64,000 nucleotides of DNA, from assembly GCA_022508565.1 (NCBI GenBank), contig JAFLUY010000008.1, forward strand, positions 9,325 through 73,324, given 5' to 3'. The translations under genes and the position numbers were made by a program. The stretch comes from Erysipelotrichales bacterium. Lineage in GTDB: Bacteria; Bacillota_I; Bacilli_A; RF39; UBA660. This document shows, piece after piece, positions 27,778-36,623 of the stretch (positions within the stretch are counted from its first letter, which is position 1; each line of letters starts with the position of its first letter). The notes beneath the pieces were generated by a model, which ran no database searches, was not told where the DNA came from, and saw only the letters and a list, made by a program, of their open reading frames with translations.

Positions 27778-28930
27778 TAAAATTAAATATGGTAGTGAAG
27801 AAGATTTTTATAATATGATTAAGAATAAAAAGATTCTTTATATACCTATTGTTTCTTCAATAAATAGAGAAACAGGAGAATATAATCTCGATAGTGATGG
27901 AAATATCAATCGATTGGTTACAGCATTTAGTATAAATGATTCTTTTGAATGTTTGGATCTTGTATTGCCTAAAAAACATAGTAAAGAAACTAAAATCTTA
28001 GATGCATTTAAAGAAAATAATGAAAATATTAATTTCATATTTTCAGATTTTTTTGGAATACATGCAGGAGAGCAACGTTCAAATATGTTTATCATTACAA
28101 ATTTAGTTAATGAATTAGAAAGAAATAAGAGTTTTGATTCGTACGATTATGTGATTTTAGATTCTCAATATCTTTTGATTTATTTAAATAAATACAATTA
28201 TGTTGATCGAAATAAATTGATATTTTGGAATTATCTTTGTTCAACAAAAAAATATCAAAGATCTTTTACTGCTCCATTTGTAGATATTACTAAAGATGCA
28301 ATCAATATTGCAAAATATGTAATTGTGACATCTCCAGATATTTTAGAATTCACTGCCGATGAAAAGATGGATAGGGCAGATGATTCTTTATTTTATATTC
28401 CTAAATTTGTAGATCGAAAATTAGACATATTTTCTAAATACGAGGAAGATCAGGAAGTCTATGATATATTAGATTCATATATAGAAAGCAAGACTATCCC
28501 TTTTTATCTTCCTTTCAGATTAACTGATGAAGCTTATAAAATGGATTTAGTTATTTCTGATTTTATTTTGCCATATCAAAGCATAGCGGAAATTAACGGA
28601 TATGATATTTCGTTAATTTATTCAGATCCAAATAATTCAGGTGAAATGGAAAATTTTATTGAAAAATATCCCGAATTAGATAAAGATAATATTATTTTGC
28701 AAAAAGTATCACCAGCAAGAGATACTTTCTATACAATTATTGATCATCCTATTGGAGTAAATATCCCTTATTTTGAAGACATCGATTTTGCTAACCATGC
28801 CGCTATATGGGAATTTAAAGATTCTAATGCAAATATTTGGGTATTACCTAAATATGATGGAATGTTGATGCCGTATTATGAAAAAACAGACACATCTATA
28901 TTTAAATCTTATGAAATTTTAAAAAACTAA
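27767..28930 (+). CDS. hypothetical protein (two Rossmann-like halves; a GT-B-type glycosyltransferase is possible but unproven)
   Basis: 387 aa, overlapping the kinase-like gene by 11 nt. Alternating beta-strand-like hydrophobic runs (ILYIPIV, YVILDS, YVIVTSPD, ISLIYSDP) are visible, but no diagnostic motif. Confidence 0.6.
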   Translation: MMNNKIKYGSEEDFYNMIKNKKILYIPIVSSINRETGEYNLDSDGNINRLVTAFSINDSFECLDLVLPKKHSKETKILDAFKENNENINFIFSDFFGIHAGEQRSNMFIITNLVNELERNKSFDSYDYVILDSQYLLIYLNKYNYVDRNKLIFWNYLCSTKKYQRSFTAPFVDITKDAINIAKYVIVTSPDILEFTADEKMDRADDSLFYIPKFVDRKLDIFSKYEEDQEVYDILDSYIESKTIPFYLPFRLTDEAYKMDLVISDFILPYQSIAEINGYDISLIYSDPNNSGEMENFIEKYPELDKDNIILQKVSPARDTFYTIIDHPIGVNIPYFEDIDFANHAAIWEFKDSNANIWVLPKYDGMLMPYYEKTDTSIFKSYEILKN

Positions 28931-29020
28931 TATCTATATTATAAAAATATAAATTTTAACTTATGTTTTTAATTTTATTTTTTAATTTATAAATTTAATT
29001 TAATTTTTTAAACAAGACAC

Positions 29021-30178
29021 ATGAAAAAGTTTTTTACACTTGTAGTTGCCATGATTATGGCAGTAGGTGCAACATTTGCACAGACAACTCATGATTGCGA
29101 ACAGTCAAATTATGCAGGTCATGCAAGATTTTTTGACAATTGGACAATTGGTCTTGAAGGTGGTGTACAGACAAATCTTTATGATTGGAACACTCCTGAA
29201 GGTGCAGTCATTGGACTTAATTTGAACAAGTATATTGTTCCTCAGTTTAGAGTAAGTCTTCAGGGCTATATGGGATTCAATAATACTGGTATGTGGAATA
29301 CTCCCGCAGGACATGTTCATAATGGTACTGGAGTAGATAATGTTCAGGTTTATTTGACCGGCGGTTGGAATCTTATGAATACTTTTAGTAAATATACTGG
29401 AAAACCTAAAGTATTTGAAATTGAGACAGAAATTGGTGTTGGTTATGGACATTTCTTTTATAATCCTTCAACATGGAATTATGGAGTAGTACTCGGTAAG
29501 ACTGGGCTTGATTTCCGTTTCAATCTTGGCAAGGCTAGAGCATGGGCAATCGATATTCGTCCAACATTTATTTGGGATTTCACAAACGCGCTTGCTTATG
29601 AGCAAATAGCATCTAATCGTACAGCAGTATTCCAGGTTACCGCTGGTGTAGAATATCGATTCAATACTTCCAATGGTACTCATAATATGAAGCCTGCAGA
29701 TCTTTATGACTGTGTTGAAGTAAATGCTCTTAATATGCGTATTAATGAACTTCTCGCATGTAATGATGAACTTAAGAAAGCTCTCGAAGAATGTCTGAAT
29801 CGTCCTAAGGAAGTAGAAGTTGTTGAAGAAACAACAGTTGTTACAAATACTAATGTAGTAACTAAGCCGGTATTCGCAACAATTGGTTTTGAACGCAATT
29901 CATCAAAGATTCTCGGAGTTTATGATCTTAATGTTCGTACAATTGCTGATTTCATGAAAGCTTCTGATCAGCATTTCACAGTAGTTGGTTTTGCATCTGA
30001 AGAAGGTAATGTAGATTATAATGAAGCTCTTTCACTTCGTAGAGCTCAGGCTGTAGCAGATGCGCTTGAAGCTTATGGTGTAGATCCGGCTAAGATTCAT
30101 GTAGAAGGTAAAGGCGCTACTACAGAATTTGGTAATGCTCTTGATTTGAATCGTACTGTGCAGATTGTAGCAGAATAA
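29021..30178 (+). CDS. OmpA-family outer-membrane protein (N-terminal beta-barrel-like region, coiled-coil linker, C-terminal OmpA peptidoglycan-binding domain)
   Basis: Signal peptide MKKFFTLVVAMIMAVGATFAQ. The C-terminus reads FERNSSKI...VVGFASEEGNVDYNEALSLRRAQAVADAL...VEGKG. G+C and codon usage are visibly richer than in neighbouring genes. Confidence 0.85.
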   Translation: MKKFFTLVVAMIMAVGATFAQTTHDCEQSNYAGHARFFDNWTIGLEGGVQTNLYDWNTPEGAVIGLNLNKYIVPQFRVSLQGYMGFNNTGMWNTPAGHVHNGTGVDNVQVYLTGGWNLMNTFSKYTGKPKVFEIETEIGVGYGHFFYNPSTWNYGVVLGKTGLDFRFNLGKARAWAIDIRPTFIWDFTNALAYEQIASNRTAVFQVTAGVEYRFNTSNGTHNMKPADLYDCVEVNALNMRINELLACNDELKKALEECLNRPKEVEVVEETTVVTNTNVVTKPVFATIGFERNSSKILGVYDLNVRTIADFMKASDQHFTVVGFASEEGNVDYNEALSLRRAQAVADALEAYGVDPAKIHVEGKGATTEFGNALDLNRTVQIVAE

Positions 30179-30204
30179 TTTTTTAATCCAATTTAATTTT
30201 TTAT

Positions 30205-30250
30205 AAGGGCCGATGGAGATAAGAACTATCGGTCCTTGACTATTTTTATT
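30205..30250 (+). terminator. rho-independent terminator
   Basis: Stem aagggccgat (30205-30214) / atcggtcctt (30228-30237) with one G-U pair. A T-rich tract follows. Confidence 0.6.
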
Positions 30251-30320
30251 TCAGAACATTTGAAATATTTCAGAAAGTTTCTATTTATAAATTGTAAAAC
30301 AATTAAAATATAAAAAGATC

Positions 30321-30791
30321 ATGGGAACAAATTTTTATCTTCGTAGAAAGATTTCAGAAAAAGATAAACAAAATGTTATTGAACAGATTTACAAAGATAA
30401 TTGGATTGAAGCAAGAGATTTAGTTTACAAACTAACTGAAAGAGTTCATATTGGAAAACGTTCTAGCGGCTGGCAATTTCTTTGGAATGCTAATAGATTT
30501 GAATATTTTTCGCCAAACATAGAATCTCTTCAAAATTGGCTTAAGTCAGGAATTATCGAAGATGAATATGGAAGAGAATTCACATTTGAAGAATTCTGGA
30601 ATGATGAGATAAAAGATTTCCTATATGAAGGATGGAATCTCGAAAAATATTATTCCGAGTCAGGAAATACATGGTTCGGCAGAGATATTCCATATTATTT
30701 CCAAGATAAATTGGATAAATTTGATATCGATAAATATGGAGAGTTTGTTATTGATGGACTTAGATTTACTATTACGGAAGAATTTAGTTAA
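30321..30791 (+). CDS. hypothetical protein
   Basis: 156-aa ORF with the TTCTATTTA-N5-TGTAAAAC motif 21 nt upstream. Confidence 0.6.
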   Translation: MGTNFYLRRKISEKDKQNVIEQIYKDNWIEARDLVYKLTERVHIGKRSSGWQFLWNANRFEYFSPNIESLQNWLKSGIIEDEYGREFTFEEFWNDEIKDFLYEGWNLEKYYSESGNTWFGRDIPYYFQDKLDKFDIDKYGEFVIDGLRFTITEEFS

Positions 30792-30797
30792 AAACTT

Positions 30798-31121
30798 ATG
30801 AAGACTTCAACAAATACAGAGCAGATAAAAAATTTATATGAATTAGGGTTTAGTGATTCTAATTGTAAATATATTAAGAATGATATATTTGGTCCTGCTG
30901 CATTTACTATATCTGATTTTTTAGAAATATTACCTAAAGAGATAAAAATTGACGATAAAATATATCAACAAATTATTCTATGGAGTGGCCAATCATATTT
31001 TAGCGGATATAGAATCCATGATACTGATGAATGGCTTTACCAATCTACAATGAAAGATGAAATGTTAGATAGCTTATATGAGGTTGTCATTTGGTACTAT
31101 GGAAAATTTTTGAAGAAATAA
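30798..31121 (+). CDS. hypothetical protein
   Basis: 107-aa ORF. Confidence 0.55.
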   Translation: MKTSTNTEQIKNLYELGFSDSNCKYIKNDIFGPAAFTISDFLEILPKEIKIDDKIYQQIILWSGQSYFSGYRIHDTDEWLYQSTMKDEMLDSLYEVVIWYYGKFLKK

Positions 31122-31150
31122 CTATTTTGGAATTATAAAATAAAATTATT

Positions 31151-31924
31151 ATGAATTTAAAGAAATACACATTAACTAAAGGTTTTTATAGTGAGAAAAA
31201 AGATGTTGATTTTTATCTCCCTGAAGGGCTAGCATTTGCAAGAACTTATCCGAGTAGTATGCATTACGATGACCAGATAGATATGTTATCTATTTTGGAA
31301 TGCTCAGAGGAAGATGAAGAACTTATTTATGATAAAAATCATCACATATCTACATATCGTTTGGGAAAATACATTATTATAACTATAAATTCAGTTAATG
31401 ATTCTAAAGACATTCCGGAATGCTCTCTTGAAGAACTTAATAATAAATATGATTTGACAGAATATTTTATTCTTGAGTTTGATAATGAATATAATTTATT
31501 GTATATTGCTAAGGTTAAAGGCCTTATAAATTCTAAAAATATTTTTGTAGATAATATCGATGTAAAAGCGATATTCTTTAATGAATATTTGCGAAATATC
31601 AATATCAATACAAGTATGTCTATTGATAGATTATACTCAAATACATTTTCAGACCATCGAAAAATGAAAATTCTAAATTCTAATAAAGCAAAAATAATAT
31701 TCTACACACTTATTTCAAGATATCTTAAAGAAACGGGAATAGAATGGAGAAATGAATTTGTTGATGATAATTTAGATATAGATTATATTAAGAAAACTTA
31801 TGATAAATTTGAAACCATAAAAATCGGTGAACTCATTGATAAAGATGATATTAATAATATTGTTGAAGTAATTGAAAAGGATATACGAGTTTTCGATGAT
31901 ATAAATAAATGGTTGAATGAGTGA
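31151..31924 (+). CDS. hypothetical protein
   Basis: 257-aa ORF. Confidence 0.6.
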   Translation: MNLKKYTLTKGFYSEKKDVDFYLPEGLAFARTYPSSMHYDDQIDMLSILECSEEDEELIYDKNHHISTYRLGKYIIITINSVNDSKDIPECSLEELNNKYDLTEYFILEFDNEYNLLYIAKVKGLINSKNIFVDNIDVKAIFFNEYLRNININTSMSIDRLYSNTFSDHRKMKILNSNKAKIIFYTLISRYLKETGIEWRNEFVDDNLDIDYIKKTYDKFETIKIGELIDKDDINNIVEVIEKDIRVFDDINKWLNE

Positions 31925-31948
31925 AAAGTTTACAAAAAGTTTTAGAAT

Positions 31949-32311
31949 ATGAAAAAGAAAGTAATTAGTTTAATTTTGGCAAGTTTTTGCTTTTTCTGCG
32001 CAAATGCAGATATATCTTATATCGAGCAAACTCCTTCTTGGATTAAGGTATATAGTGAAAATGGAAGTGTACAGAATTTAGTATCTACTTCAAACGGAAG
32101 ATTGGTAGGATATAGCTCTAAAATATTTATTTTAGAAAGTAATTCTTGGTATTATGTATATAATGATAGAGGAAATAAGATTTCTATACTTAGTAAATCT
32201 TCAGTTGGTAAAATAGTAAATGTCGTTGGAGATACTTTTATTTCAGAAAGTAATTCATGGGTATATGTTTATAATAGTAAAGGACGAAGAATTTCAACAA
32301 GATCAAAGTAA
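31949..32311 (+). CDS. secreted small protein with three W-x-[YK]-VY-x(2,3)-G repeats
   Basis: Signal peptide MKKKVISLILASFCFFCANA. Repeats: SWIKVYSENGS, SNSWYYVYNDRGNKIS, SNSWVYVYNSKGRRIS. Confidence 0.6.
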   Translation: MKKKVISLILASFCFFCANADISYIEQTPSWIKVYSENGSVQNLVSTSNGRLVGYSSKIFILESNSWYYVYNDRGNKISILSKSSVGKIVNVVGDTFISESNSWVYVYNSKGRRISTRSK

Positions 32312-32433
32312 AGTTTTGAATATTTAGTAAAAGTTTCTATGAAAAATTTTAATGAAATTTTTAACTGAGATTTGAAATAAAATTTCAAATTTATATATTA
32401 TATTTGTAAAACATAATTAAAATATTTATAATT

Positions 32434-32688
32434 ATGGAAATCTCAATAAGCAAACTAACAAAAACATTTCCTGGATATATTTGGTGGGAAAATGGGGCGG
32501 AATTATGCGGAATAAACTTCGATACAAAGCAACAAATCACCATAGAAGATGGAATGTGCATTTCTGAAGATGGTACTTGGGTAGTTTTTGGATATAATCT
32601 TAAGGAGATTCCAGAATATTGGAGAAAACTAAAATATGAATCTTCTGATGATAAATTTATGGAAGATAGAATTAAATTAGTTTGGTGA
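32434..32688 (+). CDS. hypothetical protein
   Basis: 84-aa ORF with TGTAAAAC 22 nt upstream. Preferred over the antisense ORF 32391..32786. Confidence 0.5.
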   Translation: MEISISKLTKTFPGYIWWENGAELCGINFDTKQQITIEDGMCISEDGTWVVFGYNLKEIPEYWRKLKYESSDDKFMEDRIKLVW

Positions 32689-32921
32689 AAATGAAAAGAG
32701 AAGATTATAAACCATTTGTCTGGTACGAAATTACAGATGAAAATTATTGGGTAGAAGATTATCCTGAAGAATTTCCTAATTGTCATACCGTAGTATTTAA
32801 GAAAGAAGCAGGATTCTTTTTTAGAAATACTGAATATTTATCTTGGGGAACGATGGCAAAATATAATTATCGATTTAATGATGGATGGAAATTTATGATC
32901 ATTGAAGAACCGAATGAGTGA
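32682..32921 (+). CDS. hypothetical protein
   Basis: 79-aa ORF overlapping the upstream gene by 7 nt. Confidence 0.5.
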   Translation: MVKMKREDYKPFVWYEITDENYWVEDYPEEFPNCHTVVFKKEAGFFFRNTEYLSWGTMAKYNYRFNDGWKFMIIEEPNE

Positions 32922-33096
32922 GCAATTTATATTAAATCAAGAAGAAATTGTTGCTGTTAAAGACGCTATAATTGAATATATCTTTAAACATCAATGGTTT
33001 GGGAATCCTGAAACAACTAACATTCAGGGTAATTTAGAAATTTTGGATAAATTAGACAAACGAATAGATGAATTTTTATGCGAAAATATGGATTAA
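32902..33096 (+). CDS. hypothetical protein
   Basis: 64-aa ORF that overlaps both neighbours. Confidence 0.45.
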   Translation: MKNRMSEQFILNQEEIVAVKDAIIEYIFKHQWFGNPETTNIQGNLEILDKLDKRIDEFLCENMD

Positions 33097-33800
33097 TTGG
33101 ATATCCTCTTAGACATTCATGGTCGAGAGGATATTTCACAAATAAATTTAAAGAAAATAATATTGATGCTTTCTATGATAATTTAGAAATTGAAAATTTA
33201 GAAGGAATAAAAGATTTATTAGTTTCAAATAATTATAAAGGTTTTAATGTGACAATTCCATATAAAGAAAAAATTTTGGGATATGTAGATGGAATAGATG
33301 ATAAAGTAAATACAATTAAAGCATGTAATTGTATAAAAATTATAGATGGAATCTTTATAGGTACTAATACAGACATTATTGGATTTAAAGAATCATATAA
33401 AGATATATTAAATCCAAATAAAAAGGCATTAATATTAGGTACCGGAGGAGCAAGCAAATCTGTTGCTTTTGTTTTAGACGAATTAGGAATTAAATATAAA
33501 TACGTCTCTCGTTCATATAAGGACAGGGCATTAGAGTATAAAGATTTAAATAAAGAAATCATTAACTCTCATAAAATAATTATTAATACGACTCCTTTAG
33601 GAACTTTTCCAAATATCAATCAGTTTCCGGATATTCCTTATGATTTCATAACACCTGAGCATGTTTGTATAGATCTGATTTATAATCCTGAGAAAACATT
33701 ATTTTTGCAAAAATGCGAAAAACAAGGAGCTACTATAAGAAATGGATATGATATGCTAATTAAGCAAGCTGAAGCTTCTTGGGATTTTTGGAATTCTTAA
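33078..33800 (+). CDS. aroE: shikimate 5-dehydrogenase
   Basis: YGLIGYPLRHSWS, GFNVTIPYKE, NTDIIGF and GTGGASKSV (Rossmann) motifs. 240 aa. Confidence 0.88.
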   Translation: MRKYGLIGYPLRHSWSRGYFTNKFKENNIDAFYDNLEIENLEGIKDLLVSNNYKGFNVTIPYKEKILGYVDGIDDKVNTIKACNCIKIIDGIFIGTNTDIIGFKESYKDILNPNKKALILGTGGASKSVAFVLDELGIKYKYVSRSYKDRALEYKDLNKEIINSHKIIINTTPLGTFPNINQFPDIPYDFITPEHVCIDLIYNPEKTLFLQKCEKQGATIRNGYDMLIKQAEASWDFWNS

Positions 33801-33855
33801 TATTTATTATTTTTAATAAACCGTAAAATATATTATAAATTTATTTTTTTTTAAT

Positions 33856-34239
33856 ATGAAAAGTTTAGTAGAATTTATTGCAGAATCTTTTAAAGGAGAT
33901 TTTGAGAAAAAAATGGAATTTCAAGAATTTTTCAATTTTTGGGCATCTAAAAAAGGATATAAAATGTGGACTGATAAAAAGAATCCTGATGATATTCAAA
34001 TCGATGATGATAAGTTTTGGAAAGATTTTGAAAAATGCGAGCCAAAGACTATTAATGATGATGAATTAAGCGCTAAAGATTTAGAAAACTTATATTTGAA
34101 TATTTATCCCGATAGAGAAATGATTATTCATGTTACTGAATTAAATAAAAATGATTGGGATTATCGAATTGAAGATACTAAAAAACCTAAAAGCGATTAT
34201 AATTTGCAATTCACATATAAAGAAAATATTTTTAAATAA
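33856..34239 (+). CDS. hypothetical protein with CTS-like N-terminus (MKSLVEFIAE)
   Basis: 127-aa ORF. Confidence 0.6.
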   Translation: MKSLVEFIAESFKGDFEKKMEFQEFFNFWASKKGYKMWTDKKNPDDIQIDDDKFWKDFEKCEPKTINDDELSAKDLENLYLNIYPDREMIIHVTELNKNDWDYRIEDTKKPKSDYNLQFTYKENIFK

Positions 34240-34254
34240 GATATTTAAATATCA

Positions 34255-34296
34255 AAAAAAACTTCCCAGAATTTTTGAAATTCTGGGAAGTTTTTC
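34255..34296 (+). terminator. rho-independent terminator
   Basis: Perfect 13-bp stem acttcccagaatt (34261-34273) / aattctgggaagt (34279-34291), followed by ttttt. Confidence 0.8.
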
Positions 34297-34333
34297 TATA
34301 TTAGTTTTATAACAATCAAAAAATCATTTAGTT

Positions 34334-35083
34334 ATGAAATCAGCAACTCAGAAAATTGGATTCACTAACAAATACTACACACTTTGGTTTCTCATGGAGA
34401 AGACAGAGTTCGGAGAAAAATGGGGTTACCGAAAAAATGTATCGATGGATATTGATAAAGTTAAAGAACTCTATCCAGATCTCGAAATCGATACCGAACT
34501 CAAAGGTCATAAACCGATTTTCTTCGATACTTCCGAAAAGATTAATGATTACAATAAGTTTAGATTCGGACAGTACAAAGGTCAGCTGATTTCAGAATGC
34601 GCCAACTATAGTTATTTGAAATGGTACTATCATGAATGTGCTTGGGAATCCCGTCCTTATATTCAGGAAGTTCTTGAAGAAGCTGGTTATCAAATTCTCA
34701 GTTCATTCTATTACCTTGATGAAGATGGAGAAAAAGAGTGTAGAAGACTCACAGACAATATTTATTCTCCAGAAGAATGGGAAAATTATCTCAAAAAAGA
34801 TCGAGAAGAACTCGAAACAATTAAATCTCTCCGAAAAGCATCATCTTTTGAATTTATCCCCGAAAGTAATCTTGATGACGCCGGCGGTTATTATGACGAA
34901 GAATCTGGCACAACTTATTTCTTTCCTGAAGTTAAAGAATGTTATTATTCCGGATATCGTTATTATATCCCCGTGATAAATGGTAAAGGCAAAAGAATCA
35001 AAAATAAGAAAATAGTGGTCACCGAATTTGAAACTAATCCCATAAATAGAACAGTGAAAATCAAGTCATTTAAAGTGGCCTGA
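34334..35083 (+). CDS. hypothetical protein with a DUF3820-like FGxYKG...YLxW motif
   Basis: FRFGQYKGQLISECANYSYLKWYY resembles the 'FGKYKG..L.....YL.W' motif. 249 aa. Confidence 0.55.
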   Translation: MKSATQKIGFTNKYYTLWFLMEKTEFGEKWGYRKNVSMDIDKVKELYPDLEIDTELKGHKPIFFDTSEKINDYNKFRFGQYKGQLISECANYSYLKWYYHECAWESRPYIQEVLEEAGYQILSSFYYLDEDGEKECRRLTDNIYSPEEWENYLKKDREELETIKSLRKASSFEFIPESNLDDAGGYYDEESGTTYFFPEVKECYYSGYRYYIPVINGKGKRIKNKKIVVTEFETNPINRTVKIKSFKVA

Positions 35084-35136
35084 TTTTCACTTAAAATTCA
35101 ATTTTTATATACATTAAAAATATCTTTTTCTTGCCT

Positions 35137-35523
35137 ATGAAAGTAGCCGTAGTTGGTAGTCGTACAATAAATGACAAAGAATTAGTATGGAGATTTATGG
35201 AAGAATGCCATACATTTAATTCTGAAGAAGATAAAATTATTTCAGGAGGCGCAAGAGGTGTAGATTCTTTTGCAGAAGAATATGCAAAAAAACATAAAAT
35301 TAGAACTTGTATTTTAGAACCTAATTGGGAAAAATATGGTAAAAGGGCCGGTTTTATACGTAATGCTGATATTATTGGTAAATGTGACGAATGCATTTGT
35401 ATTTGGGACGGAGAATCCAAAGGTACATTACATGATATTGAATTATGTGAAGAAATGGGAAAACCATGTTATATTTATAATTTAAAAGAAAATACTAAAG
35501 AAATTCTAAATGATAATGATTGA
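35137..35523 (+). CDS. SLOG-superfamily protein (DUF2493-like)
   Basis: MKVAVVGSR...IISGGARGVDSFAEEYA...PNWEKYGKRAGFIRNADII...CIWDGESKGT. The ATG at 35137 is preferred over the ORF-track TTG at 35131. Confidence 0.6.
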   Translation: MKVAVVGSRTINDKELVWRFMEECHTFNSEEDKIISGGARGVDSFAEEYAKKHKIRTCILEPNWEKYGKRAGFIRNADIIGKCDECICIWDGESKGTLHDIELCEEMGKPCYIYNLKENTKEILNDND

Positions 35524-35544
35524 TTTTTGATTGTTTTAAAGTGA

Positions 35545-35577
35545 AAATGGCAGAGTATATACTCTGCCATTTTTATT
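35545..35577. terminator. bidirectional terminator between convergent genes
   Basis: 24-nt perfect palindrome atggcagagtat/atactctgccat (35547-35570), flanked by an A-run and a T-run. Confidence 0.75.
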
Positions 35578-35851
35578 ATCTTTTTGGTCCAAATGGTTTT
35601 CGTCCATTAGAATTATTCGGTCTTGGAGGAGATGGAGTAGGCTTAGGACGTGCCGGAACAGGTTTATAGATATGTTTTGGAGGAGGCGGAACTGGGTGAT
35701 AACAAGGATGTCCTGAAGGATAATAAAATCTACTTGAACCAACTACATATACATGACTTGACGATGTATAATATGGTTGCTCATCGTATATAATTGGACC
35801 ACATCCAGTAAATACTATTAAAATTATAAAAAGGAATAATAGTTTTTTCAT
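35576..35851 (-). CDS. proline-rich lipoprotein (o-spanin-like features)
   Basis: Signal peptide plus lipobox: MKKLLFLFIILIVFTGC. The mature part is rich in Pro (HPVPPPPKHIYKPVPARPKPTPSPPRP). Confidence 0.6.
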   Translation of the reverse strand: MKKLLFLFIILIVFTGCGPIIYDEQPYYTSSSHVYVVGSSRFYYPSGHPCYHPVPPPPKHIYKPVPARPKPTPSPPRPNNSNGRKPFGPKR

Positions 35852-35854
35852 AAA

Positions 35855-36604
35855 TTAAAAATCCATTTTTAAAACTGTTATAGTTTTTTTATTTTTATCT
35901 TTATCAACTTCTTCGTCTGATTTATCTTTATCTTTTTGTTCTTCGTCTGGATCGTTTTTTATTTCTGTTGTTTCGAATCTTTTACCTTGGAATTGATATA
36001 TACTATATTTACCTGGAGTCTTCGTATAAATTGTTAATCCTTTTGCTGAAGATGCTACACTCTTTTTTAAATCTGTAACAAAAGCTTCAAAAATTTTATT
36101 TATTATTTCTTTATTTTCAATCATTGTTGATGTTTCAAAAGATTGAATATTAAAATATCCTTCAATTAAATCTAATCTTTTTTGTGGATAAATAGCTACT
36201 CCACAAGGATAATTTTCTCCACTATAATTTATTTCAGGAGTATATACATACATTTGGACAACAACTTTTTCCCAATCACTTTTATCAATAGTTTCTGGTC
36301 TAAATGTTCCTAATATATTATTGATAAAATTTGATGTTGCAGGATAACATTTTTTATATAATTTTGCTGGAGACCATATCTTCTTAAGTTCGTTAATATC
36401 TAATTTAATATCATTTTTATTAGATTGGATTACTCCCTTTGAAGTATCAACTTTATATTTAGTTCCTCCCTTTTTCATCCATACATCTAAAAAATTAGAT
36501 GTCTTATTAATAAAATTAGTAAACCATTCGACAACATTAGCTTCTGTAATTCTACCAAAATATTCAAAAATTTTATTATTGACTATTTGTCCAAAAGTTC
36601 TCAT
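35855..36604 (-). CDS. hypothetical protein (acidic/lysine-rich C-terminus)
   Basis: 249-aa ORF. The N-terminus MRTFGQIVNN is only loosely CTS-like. Confidence 0.6.
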   Translation of the reverse strand: MRTFGQIVNNKIFEYFGRITEANVVEWFTNFINKTSNFLDVWMKKGGTKYKVDTSKGVIQSNKNDIKLDINELKKIWSPAKLYKKCYPATSNFINNILGTFRPETIDKSDWEKVVVQMYVYTPEINYSGENYPCGVAIYPQKRLDLIEGYFNIQSFETSTMIENKEIINKIFEAFVTDLKKSVASSAKGLTIYTKTPGKYSIYQFQGKRFETTEIKNDPDEEQKDKDKSDEEVDKDKNKKTITVLKMDF

Positions 36605-36623
36605 TCTAATATTTTAATTTATA

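Noticed and set aside
32391-32786. 131-aa minus-strand ORF overlapping the small plus-strand genes at 32434..32921.
   Set aside because: The sequence is hydrophobic and low-complexity, and all neighbours are on the plus strand. The plus-strand ORFs have balanced composition and a TGTAAAAC upstream motif.
34356-34976. Same-strand alternative-frame ORFs (34356..34589, 34632..34976, 33878..34069, 26438..26650, 40399..40590, 53110..53292) lying inside longer genes.
   Set aside because: They sit inside longer ORFs with better composition or motifs, and there is no independent signal of overprinting.
35131-35136. TTG start at 35131 for the SLOG protein, TTG start at 48757 for nrdD exon 2, and GTG start at 63217 for the LRR protein.
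   Set aside because: These are ORF-finder artefacts. An ATG at 35137 gives the family-typical MKVAVVGSR start. 48757 lies inside the intron. The 63217 frame remains open upstream to the window edge.
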